A stretch of 62,839 nucleotides of DNA, filler included, from Octopus bimaculoides (taxonomy: Eukaryota): NCBI RefSeq assembly GCF_001194135.2. It is 7 parts of 5 records of this genome, joined end to end, with 100 filler letters (N's around TTAATTAATTAA, not from the genome) between each part and the next. Parts side by side here need not be neighbours in the genome. Positions count along the whole stretch, not along the records: positions 61,133 to 62,839 come from NC_068995.1; 6 more parts are not named here. One strand, written 5' to 3'. The notes under the pieces were generated by a model that was not told the origin of the DNA, did no database searches, and saw only the letters and a program-made list of their open reading frames with translations. Made by a program: the position numbers and the translations under genes. Below are positions 62,781 through 62,839 of the stretch, piece after piece (the first letter of the stretch is position 1; each line of letters starts with the position of its first letter).

Positions 62781-62839
62781 TAGTGTGTGCGGGGTAGTGT
62801 GTGCGGGGTAGTGTGTGCGGGGTAGTGTGTGCGGGGTAG
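62781..62839 (+). repeat. 14-bp minisatellite (TAGTGTGTGCGGGG) x4, cut by the window end
   Basis: Four perfect units read directly. Confidence 0.9.

Larger units (their letters stand above)
61182..62839 (-). mobile_element. Tandem repeat of about 1.2 kb (61182-62368, and 62369 to the window end) carrying hammerhead-like motifs; Penelope-like or retrozyme-like
   Basis: The first about 400 bp of unit 1 align with 62369-62800. Motifs at 61271-61307 and 62481-62517 are exactly 1210 bp apart. No coding frame recognised. Confidence 0.7.

Overview
AT-rich, microsatellite-saturated animal genomic DNA with many N gaps. It has no prokaryotic features, no CRISPR array and no intact rRNA or tRNA genes. 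The repeat landscape (tRNA-derived SINEs, R4/Dong, CR1 and RTE LINE fragments, Tc1/mariner relics) looks like a coleoid cephalopod, probably Octopus; this is inferred from composition only. Six identical 100-bp spacers (44N-TTAATTAATTAA-44N) mark artificial scaffold joins. Almost all ORFs in the supplied track are microsatellite or N read-throughs. Recognisable content: more than 30 SINE copies built from shared modules; decayed R4/Dong, CR1, RTE and possibly CRE retrotransposon pieces; mariner and Tc1 transposase relics; several foldback MITEs; and one young long-TIR element with an 8-bp TSD. Three or four phase-compatible + strand exon candidates (5163-5279, 9751-9790, 22376-22465, possibly 35518-35531) splice into a kinase-homology-like peptide ending IVDFG(LA). 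Most interesting: (1) minimal hammerhead ribozyme motifs in at least three repeat families, including one fused downstream of a tRNA-like Pol III head and one in a 1210-bp tandem unit; (2) an R4-clade element family sitting in (ACAT)n microsatellites; (3) a SINE 3' tail that matches the 3' end of a CR1 LINE in the same window, with a compensatory stem change. Local family labels M, C, R, T and E are mine, not database names.
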